Counted from the stretch's first letter, positions 14,268 to 27,575 are shown. The stretch: DNA of 64,000 nt from Camelus dromedarius (GCF_036321535.1 NC_087436.1:54438001-54502000); one strand, 5' to 3'. Numbers and translations are program-made. The notes: generated by a model from the sequence alone, not told the origin.

Positions 14268-14668
14268 TTTAATAGACTTTATTTTTTGAGCACTTTCAGG
14301 GTTACAGCAAAATTTGAGCAGAGAGTTTAGATATCTTCCATAAATTCCTTGCCCCCATATATGCATAGCCTCCATTATTATCAATATCCGCCATCAGAGT
14401 GCTACATTTTTTGTAATTGATGAGCCTACATTAACACATCACTGTCAGCCAGAGTCCATAGTCTACAGTAAAGTTCGCTCTTGGTGTTGTGTTCTCTGTG
14501 GGCTTAGACCAATTTATAATCACACGTACCCACCCTTATAGTCTCATACAGAGTAGTTTCACTGTCCTAAAAATCCTCCATGCTCTGCGTACTCGTTCTA
14601 CCCTCTCTCCTAACTTGTCAACCAGATCCTTTAGCTGTCTCAAGAATTTTACTTTTTCCAGAATGTCA
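14268..14668 (-). mobile_element. L1MC1/2-like 3' UTR fragment
   Basis: tagactttattttttgagcactttcagggttacagcaaaa...catcactgtcagccagagtccatagt; homologous to 56420-56820. Confidence 0.75.
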
Positions 14669-15074
14669 AAGCTAACATTTGTGTTTGTTTTGTTTTGCTC
14701 TCACTACACTAAACTCCCTATATTATTATTGTTTTCCTAAACTGTCAAGAATGACAGTTTAACTAAAGAATCCTTGTTGTATTTGGACTAGTGATGAATA
14801 GATTTTATCTAGGCTTTCTTTCATCACTTTAATAATAGATAGAGGTTTAAGTCATTTTTGGCTTCATAGAAATATTTCATGAAATTGTTTCAGAGAATAA
14901 TCTTTCCATCCAAATTGTGTGCTGTTGTTTTAAGTAGCTTGGCCAAGTTTGTTTCATGGTTCTCATCTGGAATGTGAATCCCTAATCCAAAGAAATCTCA
15001 TTGTTGGAATATTGGTAATGAATTACTATGTATGTTGGTTGATCTATGAAATAATTGTAATTGAAAAAATGAAC

Positions 15075-15265
15075 TACCCAGCCTCTTCCATTTAATAATT
15101 TTGTGATTTAGGGCAATTTATTTAACCTTTTTGAACCTCTATTTCCTCACCTATAAAATTGGGATGATGACAGTAAACCCCTTATAAAGTTTTTCTGGAG
15201 ATCACATGACAAAATAGATGTAAAATACTTGGCATCATGCCCGACCCAGAAAGTGCTCAATAAAT
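15075..15265 (+). mobile_element. MIR SINE
   Basis: gggcaatttatttaacctttttgaacctctatttcctcacctataaaattggg...gtgctcaataaat. Confidence 0.65.
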
Positions 15266-16439
15266 CTTTTAACCTGATCTTACTTGTTCTGTCTGTGGAT
15301 TGAACAATTATACCAATATCCCCACATCTGGGAATGTTGCCATTATTTAGTAGATGTATTTCACGAGAGAGTAAGAGTAAAGGACACCTTATTTTCATCC
15401 ATGCTGAGAGGTGTTTAAGAAGTCCCTAATACCATGTGTTACATTCCGCTTTAATTCCGATAGGATTGTTGCAGTATTCTAGTTCTGGTAGTTGTATGTG
15501 ATAAAGTACACGGAAGCTCTTGTCAAGGAGGGTTGGGGGTGAATCTTAATAGCTCAATTGCTCAATAGCTTCTAGGTGAAACATAATTTAACAAATCCAT
15601 CAATATAATATGAAGCCTCATCTACAAATGCTCTGCTCCCTTAGGAGGATCATGTCCAAATTACTGGTCAAAGGCCAAAAGGAACCATATTATGATGAAT
15701 TGTTGTTGGGACATGATAGATGTGTTCTGTCACGAGTTAACAGGACGTGCACTAGTGTGCGATAGCTTTTTCTTCCAGTTCTGTTAAATGTGTGTCCACT
15801 AGGTCAGTTAAGCCTTCGCAACATTTTCTCCCTATTTACTATTTATTATATAAAACAAGGGGGGTCATGTCTAGTACTCTAGGTAAACTGTTCAGAAGCC
15901 AAAAATAATCATTATTATATCCCTGAACTGACTTTGGTACCTATAAGGTATATGTAGTGGGCCAAAAAACTTTTCTTTTCTTCTTCTTATTATGCAGATA
16001 AAGCTTTATCTGAAATACTGCAGAAGTATAAAAGATAATTCATCCCCAAACTTTCCAATAAGCTTCATGAGCTGACGTGAAGTCCAAGAGTATGTAAGAA
16101 CTCACTGCCTTATGAGAGACATCCTAGAAGACAGCTTTACTTCTTTTCATGTAGTAGATCCCTCCTCAGTTCTGTAGGGATCTAAAGTTAACTTTTGTAA
16201 ATGAAGCAAGAAAACCTTGGATTAAGCTATAATTTTGTCTTTAAATGATTTGCAGTAGTTAGTCCAGAGCTCCCATATGTACAAATTAAACAATTAAAAT
16301 GTCACTCATATACTGAAGTGACTTTGTTGTTTGTTGCACATATATAAATGGTTAATGAATAAATTTTTTGATCAGCGCCCTCTAACAGGCCCTCTTCAGC
16401 ACCATATAAGTAGAGATGTGGAAACACATTGGTTTCTAG

Positions 16440-16570
16440 CTGTGATTCCCAAATATTTTGGTCACCAAACACTTTACACTCATAAAAGCTACTGAGGACT
16501 TCAAAGAGATTTTCTTTATGTGGGTTATGCCAGTATTAAAACAGATAATTTCTTTCAGTATTTATTAATT
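16440..16570 (+). mobile_element. Charlie1-like hAT DNA transposon fragment
   Basis: ctttacactcataaaagctactgaggacttcaaagagattttctttatgtgggttat resembles the Charlie1 terminal region. Confidence 0.55.
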
Positions 16571-18390
16571 CATTGTTTTCCTGATAATTTGTTCCTCCCC
16601 AAGGAACATAGAATGCCTAGTCAAGTGAGTAGAAGAAGAGCGTGTGGATAATAGGGACAGAAAACTATAGGATTTATACTTTTAAAATGTTGTTTCTGAA
16701 GTATGTGTATTTACTTTGAATGTGTGTGTATAGTTCCTTAATATGCCCACTGGTTACAACAGTCTCTGTTATTTTAAAGTTTAAGTTTAGTAAGTACATA
16801 TTTACATACATATTTATGTGTATGCAAGAATATCTGATCTAGTGATTTTTTTAAAGAAAATTTAATTTGTTAGAAGAAGCAGTTCTCTACATAGTCTTCT
16901 GGTCAAGAACTCCGTGCAATAATACAACAGGTCCTATTAATGTTCATGTTTTCTTAGTCGAGTCTGGTACCCAGTTCCTGTTAGTATCTTTCTCTTTAAC
17001 TGGGAAATATAAGTGCTGCTGAGATGCCCTTTACTGTTTCACATTCTATGAAAAGGCTAGACTTTGTTCCAGTAATATTGCTGGTGCAGTTGCTCTACAA
17101 CTTATGCTGCCGTGAAAGGTGTTCCAGGGGTCTATTTCCTGGCAGTTGTCCTCCCACGTATACCCCATTTCCCTGCAGTCTGCCAAGCCATCCTGTTTTT
17201 TGTTTCTTGTTTTTTTGACTAACATATGGCACATTTTCTACATATTGACACAAGCATGGTTCATTCTGCTTGATCTTGCTTCTCTCACTAGTTTTCAATT
17301 CTACTTAATATATTTGGAGCTAGTGTTGTGAAGTTATTAATGCATGTACTTGAAGACAATGAGTGAAATTTATTGTACATTTTTCCTTAAAAACAAAATC
17401 CCAAATTTAAATATTGAAGGCATATATCATATTTAGTATTGACCCAACTATCAAAGCATATTACAGCAGATATTCTGTTATTATTTCAAAATATTGGCAT
17501 TCTGATTCTTGGAAACCTAATCTATAAAGTGTAATAAAGTCTGGACTTTTTAGACTAATCCATCATCATGAAAAAATCCATCTTGGAAAGGAAAAATTAA
17601 ACAGATTATGTATGTTCTTCCTGTGGTATCTCGTCATTTTGTGCTAGTCACATCTTCTGAAGAAGCAGTTTTGACCACATTTCTCCCACAGTATGGAACA
17701 GTTTACATGGTGCCTCCTTGCTTTGCTACACAAACACAAACTGAAAACTAACAGATGTTCATACGGGAGTTTTTTGTTATTTTAGTTAGTTTGCCTTCCA
17801 AGTTGTTCCTTAAAATAACAGTACCCTTACAGGTGACCTAACTGATAAATTTTAGGTACAACTCAGCTTTCATGGAATACCATGAAAATAAGTGACAGTA
17901 AGTTGGATTGACTGAAGTAATACTTTGAGTTCACATCGAAAATCTGATAAAGCTAAAATCTGTAGGTAAACCACGTAGTGATTGATTAGTCAAAGAATAG
18001 ATAAAGGTTGACTGAATTATGTATCAAGCTAATGAATTTTTTAATTCAATATGTTTTATCATCCTGTCTTAAACGATATACTTTTATAACCAAAAAATTA
18101 AGAAAAGTATGTGTAAAGCTGTGGCTTTTATGTTTTGGAGTCGGTAAATATCAAAGATGCCTACCTGAGTGAACTGATGATTGATCAGCAGAGTTTGCGT
18201 GACTAATAAAGACATATGTAATTCAAAATCATTACACCTTTATTCCATTAAATTTATTTTTCTTGTTTTCATTTCAGCAAAGCCACTAATGATGTTACAA
18301 TCAAGATCTTTTGAATAATTTTGTTCTCTTGATAGTAATGATTTAAGTTAGGAATGTAAAATACATGGTAATTGTATTAAAAAGCATACT

Positions 18391-18558
18391 GGTGAGGAGA
18401 GTATAGCTCAGTGGTAGAGTATGTGCTTAGCATGCAGGAGGTACTAGGTTCAATCCCCAGTACCTCCATTAAAATAAATAAATCCATCCATACATACATA
18501 CATATACCTACCTATCTACCTACCTAATTATCTCCCCCACAAAAGTCTTTTTAAAGTT
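18391..18558 (+). mobile_element. tRNA-Ala-derived SINE (camelid Vic-1-like)
   Basis: Pol III box A TAGCTCAGTGG (18404-18414), AGC anticodon remnant, box B GGTTCAATCCC (18447-18457), AT/tetranucleotide tail, acctaattatctccccc; TSD aaaagcatact (18380-18390) / aaaagcatatt (18559-18569). Confidence 0.85.
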
Positions 18559-19095
18559 AAAAGCATATTAAATATGGTTATATATTTTCAGAATTTTAAA
18601 ATAACTGTGAAATTACTAAAATTATTTTTCATGTATATTTTCAGAAATGTTTTTCTTCTAAAATTTAAAATTATTAAAATAAAAATAATTAGTTGTATTC
18701 TAAAATGTTCAAGTTATTAAAATTAAAGTACAAATACAACATAACTAGTGAATATCAAAATTTAAACATAGAGCTGAAATTTTTATTTAATATGAAAATC
18801 TAATTAAATCGTTTAAAATATTTTTATAAAAATGAAACTATACACAATTCTAGAATTCAGTGTTCATCTAGTTGCCAATATAAAGAAATAATTTCAAGCT
18901 GCTGTGTGTTATGTCACATACGTACATATTTAAGAATAGTATGAGTTGTTAATACTATAAAATGTTGTGTGCCACCATGTAACCTGAAGCTATTGTGAGG
19001 AACATGCCAATTAGTGGCATATAAAGAGAAAAGAGAAAAAGAGATGCTCTGTGGTACTGAAAATGATGCCTTGTTATGTAAAATTCTATTGCATT

Positions 19096-20576
19096 AGTGT
19101 TCTTGGCACCCTTGTGAAAGATCAGTTGACAGCAAATGTGTGGACTTATTTTTGGGCTCTAATCTGTTCCATTGGTCTATGTGTCTGTTTTTATGCTAAT
19201 ACCATACTGTTTTGATTACTGTAGCTTTGCAGTATACTTTTGAAACCAGGAAGTGTGATGCCTCCAGCTTTGTTCTTCTTGCTCAGGATTGATTTGACTA
19301 TTTAGAGTCTGTTGTGGTTTTGTATGAATTTTAGGATTGTTTTTCCTATTTCTGTAAAGAATTCCATTGGGATTTTGGTAGAGATTGTATTGCATCTGTA
19401 GGTCACTTTAGGTAGTATGGACATTTTAACAGTTAATTATTCTAATCCATGAGCATGGGATGTCTTTCCATTTATCTGTTTTTCTTAATTTCCTTCATCA
19501 ATGTTTTATAATTTTTAGTGTGCAAGTATTTCACCTCTTTGGTTACGTTTATTACTAAGTATTTTTATTCATTATTGTGAATGGAATTGTTTTCTTAACT
19601 TTCTTTTCAAATAATTTGTTGTTAGGATATAGAAAAACCACTGATTTTGTATCCTGCAACTTTGAGTTCTTTTATTAGTTCTAACAGCTTTTTGTTAAGT
19701 CTTTAAGCTTTTCTATATATATGATCATGTCATCTGCAAACAAAGATAATTTTTCTTCTGTATTTCCAATTTGGATACTTTTTTTTTTCTTGGCTGGTTC
19801 CAGCATTGTGTTGAAAAGAGTGGCAAAAGTGAGCTTCCTTGCCTTGCAGCCAGATATTCAGGAAAACTTTCAGTTTTTCCTCATTTGGTATGATGTTACC
19901 TATGGAATTTTATTATGTGGCCTTTGTTATTTTGAGGCAAGTTCCCTCTATACCTGTTTTATTGAGAATTTTTACCATAAATGGATACTGAATTATCAAA
20001 TTATTTTTGGCATCTATTGAGATGATCATGTGTTTTTTGTCTTTCATTCTGATAATAACATTGATTGATCTGCATATACTGAATCATCCTTGCATCCCAG
20101 GGGTAAATCCCACTTGTTTATGGTCTATAATCCTTTTAATGTGCTATTGTATTGAGTTTGCTTGTATTTTGTGGACTATTGCATAGAAATTTGGCCAGTA
20201 GTTTTCTTCTTTTGTGATGTCTTTAACGATGGGGAAGTGATAGTCTCTTCAATACATGGTGTTGGGAAAACTGGACAGCCACATGCAGAAGAATGAAATT
20301 GGACTCTTATCTCTTACCATATATAAAAATCAACTAACATAGATTAAAGATATAAACATAAGATCCCATATCATAAAACTTATAGAGGAAAATATGGAGA
20401 AATGCTTTTTGATATTGCTCTTGGCAGTGATTTTTTGGATATGACACCAAAAGCACTGACAACAAAAACAGAAATAAACAAGTGGAACTACATCAAACCA
20501 AAAAGTTTCTGAACAACAAAGGGGCAGATAACAGATTGAACAGATAACCTCAGAATGGGAGAAAATATTTGTAAAC
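19096..20576. mobile_element. Old L1 ORF2 fragment with internal inversion (minus 19096-20224, plus about 20226-20576)
   Basis: Minus part runs from a KDIT..ENY-like region to QLIFHKGAKN; plus part resumes at the next ORF2 motif (WG.DSLFN.WCWENW). Confidence 0.8.
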
Positions 20577-22363
20577 TATATATATATATATATATGAACT
20601 GTTTGTATAGTGTAAATGATGTTACTCCTAGAAGTGGATTTGTAATGTAATGGGTCATGTTGTGCCTGTACCGAGTACTGCATCCCAGTGACCAGGACAT
20701 TCCTGCATCCTTTAACACATTTATCTTTGTGAGTTTGGATGCACATGGTCTCTAAGCACAGAACATCAGGCAGAGGCTATTCTTGCTGGTTCTATGAATA
20801 GTCCTGAGGATTTTTAATATGTGATTACTGTAACCACCAGCTCTAGAAAACTGATCTTATATATTAAGATATACATCCATGTAGCTTTCGTGATTGCCCC
20901 CAAATGAGTCATCTTAAAAATATGGAATAATGACAAATGTTACTTAAAAACTAGAGAAGAAGGTATACCCTAAATTGAGTTCTAGCTTTGCATCAACTAG
21001 TTGGCCTTAAAGTGTGTTCCTTTTTGGTTATTCTATTAAGATATGACGGGGGATTATGAGACTACATTGACATGAAGAATAGCATAATTTCTGCTCTTTA
21101 AAAAACTAATATGCAATATTGTAGCAACATCAGTGATGGATATGCTGTTAAAACTGAAGTAGGAAATAAAACAAATAATTCTGCCAGCTATTTCAAGTGA
21201 GTACCTAAAGTCTCTTGTTTGCTGCTCTAGGCATTATTAAAATATTGTTATAGTGGATTTTATACATTTTTGATCTTGATTTTAAAAAATGGAAATGTGT
21301 CCTCTTGAGATTTTATTGCATCCAAAACATTGATGTAAGACATTGACATCACTATAAATTAAGAACTAACCAAAGTAATAAGATATATACTTTAGTTTAA
21401 TAGTTATAGCACATCTCTGAAAAGGTAAGAGAGCAACTTTAATTTTAGTGTTTTTTCCCTACAAAATACACACAAAATATATCACATTAGCAAGCTTTAT
21501 TTAGTAAAACTAGTTTAGTCCTCATGCTATCAGTAATGCAACTCTAATGTAAAGTCTAGGTTACATTAAAAATTTGTAAATTAGTATCATAATATATACA
21601 AGTGTTTCAGACATTTTCAAATGTTTGTTTGATGCTTGTTCAATTCAGTACATTGTAAAAATTAAAGATCAGCCTTTTAACCACTCTAGGCTTTCTATAT
21701 TTTCTCCTGATAAGTTAGAGAATAGTTATAAAATGGAATGATAAGAAAACTCTACTTCTTGGATTTTTGTTTGTTTAATTGTAATTCTATATCTAAAAGA
21801 CTGATGTATCAGTGTCCTCCAAACAATGTAGGACACGTTAGAGGACATGCTAGCAATTTAACAGTCTTTTCTATGCTTCTCTTTCTTCATTACAATGTGT
21901 AAATGGAAATATTTGTCATAAACCCCATAAAACTTTTATCATGAATGATATCTCAAGGCCTCCAGATAAAAACTCATTTGAGCTTGTGCAAATTTGTGAT
22001 AGTAATATTACCATCAGAGTATCCATTTATCTGTTCAAGATTATATACTTGTTTTTATTATATGTCAGGAAATGCAATTCATATTAATAAGCATTACCAA
22101 AAATTTCACTTAAGATATTTTTAGCATAAATATGATCATAAAATGTGAGTCCTTTCATATGGTAAAAGTAATTTCCTATGAATTTACTAAGAGTAAAGAA
22201 ACTTCAAATGTATTTCACATTATGTAATGGCCAATGTTTTTAAAAAAAAATGTGGACAATTATTTTAAATAATGTGAACCTGTTTTTCATTTCTTCTTTA
22301 TTTACTTTTCAGATTCAAACTACTCTTTCCTAGTTCATGCAGACTTCATCCATGTTCCTCTAA

Positions 22364-22414
22364 TTATAACTCATCTTTCACTGTTCTGTCACCTGTCTTC
22401 TTTTCAAGTATTAC
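22364..22414 (-). pseudogene. Candidate terminal exon encoding VILEKKTGDRTVKDEL-stop
   Basis: Strong polypyrimidine acceptor tttttctctcttttattatttcatag; phase-0 frame ends in KDEL then TAA; AATAAA at 22302-22297. Confidence 0.45.
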
Positions 22415-23489
22415 CTATGAAATAATAAAAGAGAGAAAAAGTGCTTGTTTTGCTAGTTAGAAAATAAAGAATTTACAACAGAGTCTAAAATAAAAGTTTA
22501 TCTGACCAAAGTGTATTATCATTCTGATGTTTAGATTTTCTTTTTCAAATGTTTGTCCACATAATTTAGGAATTTTTATTCAATTCAAATTCTGCCTTGA
22601 TGATTCTAATTTTATATGTCCCAGGTAGCCTAATGACATAAATTAGAGCAACATAATTTATGAAAGATTTTCCTCATAATATTCAGTTTGGAGCTACTTT
22701 GTACCCTAGATTGATTTTTATAATAGTGATTTAACCTGTTAATACTCTGATGCTGAGCATTTATAGTAATGCATTCTCTTTCATTGATGAATTTTCTTTG
22801 TATTTTTGGATTTAGAAATCTTTTGTTTTATAAATAAGGAGATATAAATAGTAAGTTCTGCCTTGTACTGGGAACCTGTACTTATCCAGCAGGAATCACA
22901 TGTATACAAGAACGTTATTGACATGCAGGATCTAAAAATGGAAATAGTTTCATTCTTAGGAAGAAATGATGTGAGCAGCCTGTGCTTTTCTTACTCTTCT
23001 ACATACACACACCACATATGGTTTATTTTATTTTTCTTTGTTTTCTAGTAGGAGCAAATGACACTGAGATACAACTGAACTGGGATGTTAAAATCATTTT
23101 TAGTCTCAAATGGTTTCCTTGGTTAATTCCCTATCTCATAACAGAAATCTGAATGTCGGCTCCAAGTTATGTACTGAAACATTCCTTTAAGCTTCTTCAC
23201 CCGCATTGGTGGCCCATCCATCTGCAGGCAGTGTTGAGAGTCCCTCTGCTACTTCTTGCTCTTACTGGCTAGAGACTAATCTTCCAGCTTTGATAATTTG
23301 TCTTTTTTACATACGTTTTACATTAAGTTTACATACCTCTTACATTAAGTAGCCTGTGATAGTTAAGACCATTTCAAATTAAAGCCAATTCAAGATCTAG
23401 AGATAGAGAAATGCTTTACAAAGCAGTGTTAGAATATCTGTTTTTCCCAATAAGTGTTAATATGACGATAGAAACAAAATAACCTTTAC

Positions 23490-23562
23490 CTGAAGCTTTT
23501 ATCCTGGACTCTGGGTTCCCAGGTCCACAGAGTAAAATAATTATCTGACTTCTAGAGAAGTT
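23490..23562 (-). pseudogene. Candidate penultimate pseudo-exon (73 nt)
   Basis: gtgtag acceptor and CAG|gtaaag donor; phase 2 to 0 links the 24501 donor to the KDEL exon, but this frame has two TAA stops. Confidence 0.25.
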
Positions 23563-24500
23563 CTACACATAATTAAGATAAAAAGTATTAATACTCAGTA
23601 GTGATAAGAATGGTCAGGATGCTTGGCAGATCAGCAGGGTATACTTTTCCTGTGTTTCTTATCTTTCCTCAAAGCATTTTCTGACAACTAGCAGACACCT
23701 CTTTAATTACATCTAAATTTTAGTGAAAAAAGAAGATGTCAAAGACTAGGTTCTGAATTATCCTTAGACAAACAGGCCTAGGTTCTAAGTATGCAGTGAA
23801 CTTATAACCTAGATGTGTAGGATGGAAAAGAAATCAGAATTTAGCTAATGGAAATTATGGGAGATTGACCTGAATGTTAAGACTTTCCTTGCCAGTCAAG
23901 GGAAGACTGACAGTATAATGCTGTGTGTAATAATACCAGTATACAACAATAACAAGTACTGTTTATTTTTCCAGGCACTAGACACATATACTTTATATAC
24001 ATTTCCTTAATGTCCTAACACATTTGTAAAGTAAACATTATCTTTAATAATGAGAAAATGACTATTACTGTTTCATAGTCTCAGTGAGCAGAAATGGTTT
24101 GTTCATGATCACTAAAGATGGTAGGAATGAAACTGGGATTTGAATTATGATGTATCTGACTTCAAGGCCTATGCTTATTTCAGTAGTCTTGTATTTCACT
24201 GTTAAGAGAGTTTTCAGCACACCTCAAGCGTAAGATCTATTTAAATAATCATTGATAGCAATTGGTCCAAACTTTTCAACAAGGTAAGACAGGAAATAAT
24301 TCAGTCACTCATTCAGTAGATAACTATTGAGTATCTTCTGTGCACCAGCCTGTTTTTGAAGACAGACAGATACCTTTGAGATTCCCATATTGCAGCAGAA
24401 TACTACTAGTCCATGCCTGAGGGATGCGGGAATAGTGGAAATTCCAGTGTTAGTCTGGATAGAACTGATGTTTGGTCAACACACATTGACATGGCTTTAC

Positions 24501-25194
24501 CTGTTGTTTAAATATGTCTATATCTGTTCATAAATATCTCCAGCCCTCTCTTGGGACTACTTTATACCTACCCAGCAACTAAGGATATCAGCTTTAACAA
24601 GGGCCTTTAGAATTCTGCTTCTTCTCTAAAGTTGGCAGCTATTATGTTGATAATTCCATTGCTGACCAAACCAACAGATCTGCCCTTAGGCGACAACATG
24701 GGCTCCCCACTAGTGATGCCCAGGGATCTTCCCTTATCCCATGTCCATCTTATGTCCCATGTTACAGAGACCTCAGAGTAGTCACAATTTAGAACTACCC
24801 GGGTCCCAGCCAGTCTGCTCAACTGCCTGATGGCGCACTGCAGCTCTTGAACTGGCACTTCTGTTTCCCTGTGCTCAAAGCCAAGCCCACATACCAGGAG
24901 GAAATGTGGAAAGGTGGCATCTCTGGAGGCAGTTTTAGCATCTGGAGGACAAATGCTTATTATTCATCTCGCCGAATAAACTTGTGGCCACCCACCAATG
25001 GTCCTACCTGAGCTATTGTCAAAGAGTTCTGGGTAGACTGTAGCCTCGGTAGGATGTTGAGAAAGCAGACAGAGATGGAGAGAGCTAGTGGATGGGGGCA
25101 ATTGGCACCCCTCATGCAAAGACCAGGAGCCATTGACTCTTCTGGCAGAGTGGAAATGTTTGCAAATGGAGAAGCAGCAGAAGATAGAAGGACC
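24501..25194 (-). pseudogene. Decayed exon encoding a trypsin-fold (S1) serine-protease-like domain
   Basis: ttttcccacag acceptor and CAG|gtaaag donor; GC above background; ordered motifs HP..D, ICPP, LLVCGLG, PVQELQCA, GITSGEPML, GRSVGLVSNG; internal TGA at 24964-24966. Confidence 0.55.
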
Positions 25195-25369
25195 CTGTGG
25201 GAAAAATATGGGGCTAGGTGATGCCAAGAGTGCAAATACTTGTTTTCAACCTTTTTAGTTAAATATTACATCTGTTTCATTCACTGCATGACAGCTAGTC
25301 ACAGGGAATTGAGCACATCAATATTAACAGTAAATCAAGGGCCAGACACCATTCCAACACAATTGAGTC

Positions 25370-25500
25370 TTCCTTATTTAATAGGCAACGAAACTGAGGC
25401 ACTGAGAGTTTGTTTAAAACTTAAAGAGCAGAACCAGGATTCTAATTCAGGCAGCCTGGCCACATGCCCATGTCCTTAACTACAACTTTATGCCACCTCT
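25370..25500 (-). mobile_element. MIR SINE fragment
   Basis: gaaactgaggcactgagag...ccaggattctaattcaggcagcctggc...cttaactac. Confidence 0.6.
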
Positions 25501-26599
25501 CTCCTGAAGGAGAGACCTGAAGGATTAGTTTAATCCTATTAAATATGAGACTCAGATTTATTGTTGTCATGTTTTAGTTATAAAAGAAAATTGAATCTAT
25601 AAGGATCTCAGACATGGGCTAGAAAATACTTAAATGCATTTGCTATCAATTTAACAGAAGCTGAAGGAGAAGTTAGGACTCTAAACAATGTTGATCTGAA
25701 GAGAAATTCTCTGCTTATTGAGACATCTAATGACTATCAATTAAATGTGAGAAATAGTTAGAAAAGTTTGATGTAGTTTTCTGTGTCAAATCATGGATTA
25801 CCTCAGGGCATTAATTAGTGATAGTCATGCCAACCAAAAGATTACACATTACACACCAAGCATTTCTAAAAATCAGTAATTGATTTTGAAATTATTAGGG
25901 GAATTGCACTGTAATTTATATCATTTATTAAGGTTTTATAATATATATGTCTGTTAATTTAGAGAATAAGCATGCATATATTTTAAGCAGTGTAAGCATA
26001 TATTGATTTCCATAAAGCATCAAAGCTTTTGGAATCTGAATGCTTAAGATGGAGAAGTTAGGTGATTCTGATATGAATTGAAAGTGTGAAGGCACGTGAG
26101 ACTTTACCAAGGGTTTTTATGTTTCTGGTTTCCATTCTAGAGCCATGTTCTGCTAATTTTGATACATAATTGAAGTTTTGTATAAAAGACTAATTGTTCA
26201 AAGTAATAGAACATATTAGAATTTTCCACCATAAAAATGAAGCAAGGTATACCAAAAGAAAAAAAATGAGTGATCCCTTTGGGATTTTACTAACACACTG
26301 ATAACAAGATAAACATGAGACTTCAACACTGGGATACAAATAGTGGGTGGAGGGCTTGGTTTTGTTATAATAAATCTGACTCCTCCATATAGCCTTGCAG
26401 TGTGTGCAAATAAAATTTGTTTCTCAGCAAAATTAAAAATTGCTACTTGTCATAGAACATCAAAGACTCTCACAAATCTTTAAAACCACACATTTTAATT
26501 TGTGAAAGCCAAGCAAGGGTCTACTTCAAGCCGCGTCAAGTCTGTGATTGATTACACATAGGAAGACCCACAGAGCCATGGACATTTCCAGTGAGGAGG

Positions 26600-26750
26600 A
26601 TCAGATCCTTCAGCGCAGTGCCTCATTACAAAGATGAAGCAACTGAGACCTGGAGAGAGTAAAATACACCCCCAGGCTCAAGAAGTCTGTGGCAGGGCTT
26701 GGACTAGAATTTATGTGTAGTGGGAACACTTTACCAGTATCTCACGTTGC
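26600..26750 (-). mobile_element. MIR/MIR3 fragment
   Basis: cctcattacaaagatgaagcaactgagacctggagagagtaaa. Confidence 0.5.
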
Positions 26751-27575
26751 CTCCTCACCAAGCCAAATATAAGGAAAAAAATCAGATTATTTACAGTAAT
26801 TATTTTTACCTCAATGAAGTTTTAGAGGGAGTCTAGAAACAATCTAGGTTCCTGTAGCAAATTAAGTAAAACTAACTAATTGAACTTCTCCAAAAGTCAT
26901 GAAGTTGGCCAGAAAGGATTTGAAAGTGTCCTAAAAAGGATGTCTTCCAAATTGCAGTTTGTAGTAGGACATACCATCTGGCCAGTTTCTTAAAGCCTGG
27001 AATGAAAGCAAGAAAGGGCTGCCAACCCCCCATGATCAAAAATGAGAGTCTCTGACAACACCTATTAATTATGTCATAAAATTAACTAAACAAGGCACAT
27101 TCACATGCCACATGGCAGAGGTTAAAATGCAGCTAGTGAAACCTAAGTATGCTACAGTGTTTAAAACGCTGATAGCTGCAGCTAGTTGGAAATCAGTAGC
27201 AAAATAAAAAGGTTTCTGGATATTATTTTATGAACTCTATCTTTAAAACCCAAGTTTCAAGTCCTTCCTCTTAAGAAGACTATAGAGCTGAGCTCACATT
27301 GTTGTGCTGCTGGTTTCGTTGTTTTTCTAGCAAGATGCTTTCAGCCCACTCTGTTCAACAGCTGCCCTGTAGCAGAGGCTTTCTCCTGTGAGTCGGCATA
27401 TTTTTTTAACCAGAGCTATATAAAACAATAGGCCACATTCATTTCTCCATCTGTCTTTTTTGTCCCTCTGGATTGCTTAGAGGCAACAGTTTATTTATAA
27501 CCCCCATATTATACTCTAAATAATATTTGATGAAGGCTAGTTTTTAAAGTTATCAGAGAAATTACATAATTGTAC

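Noticed and set aside
18391..18468. tRNA-Ala gene
   Set aside because: Mismatched stems, a SINE tail and TSDs show it is a SINE.
24823..24838. CTCF-like motif ctgcctgatggcgc
   Set aside because: Mismatches at core positions; lies within the proposed pseudo-exon.
24607..24858. Ig-domain or IZUMO1/SPACA6-like reading (C-x16-C, W..W)
   Set aside because: No upstream CxxC hinge and no D-x-G-x-Y-x-C; the S1 protease reading explains more motifs.
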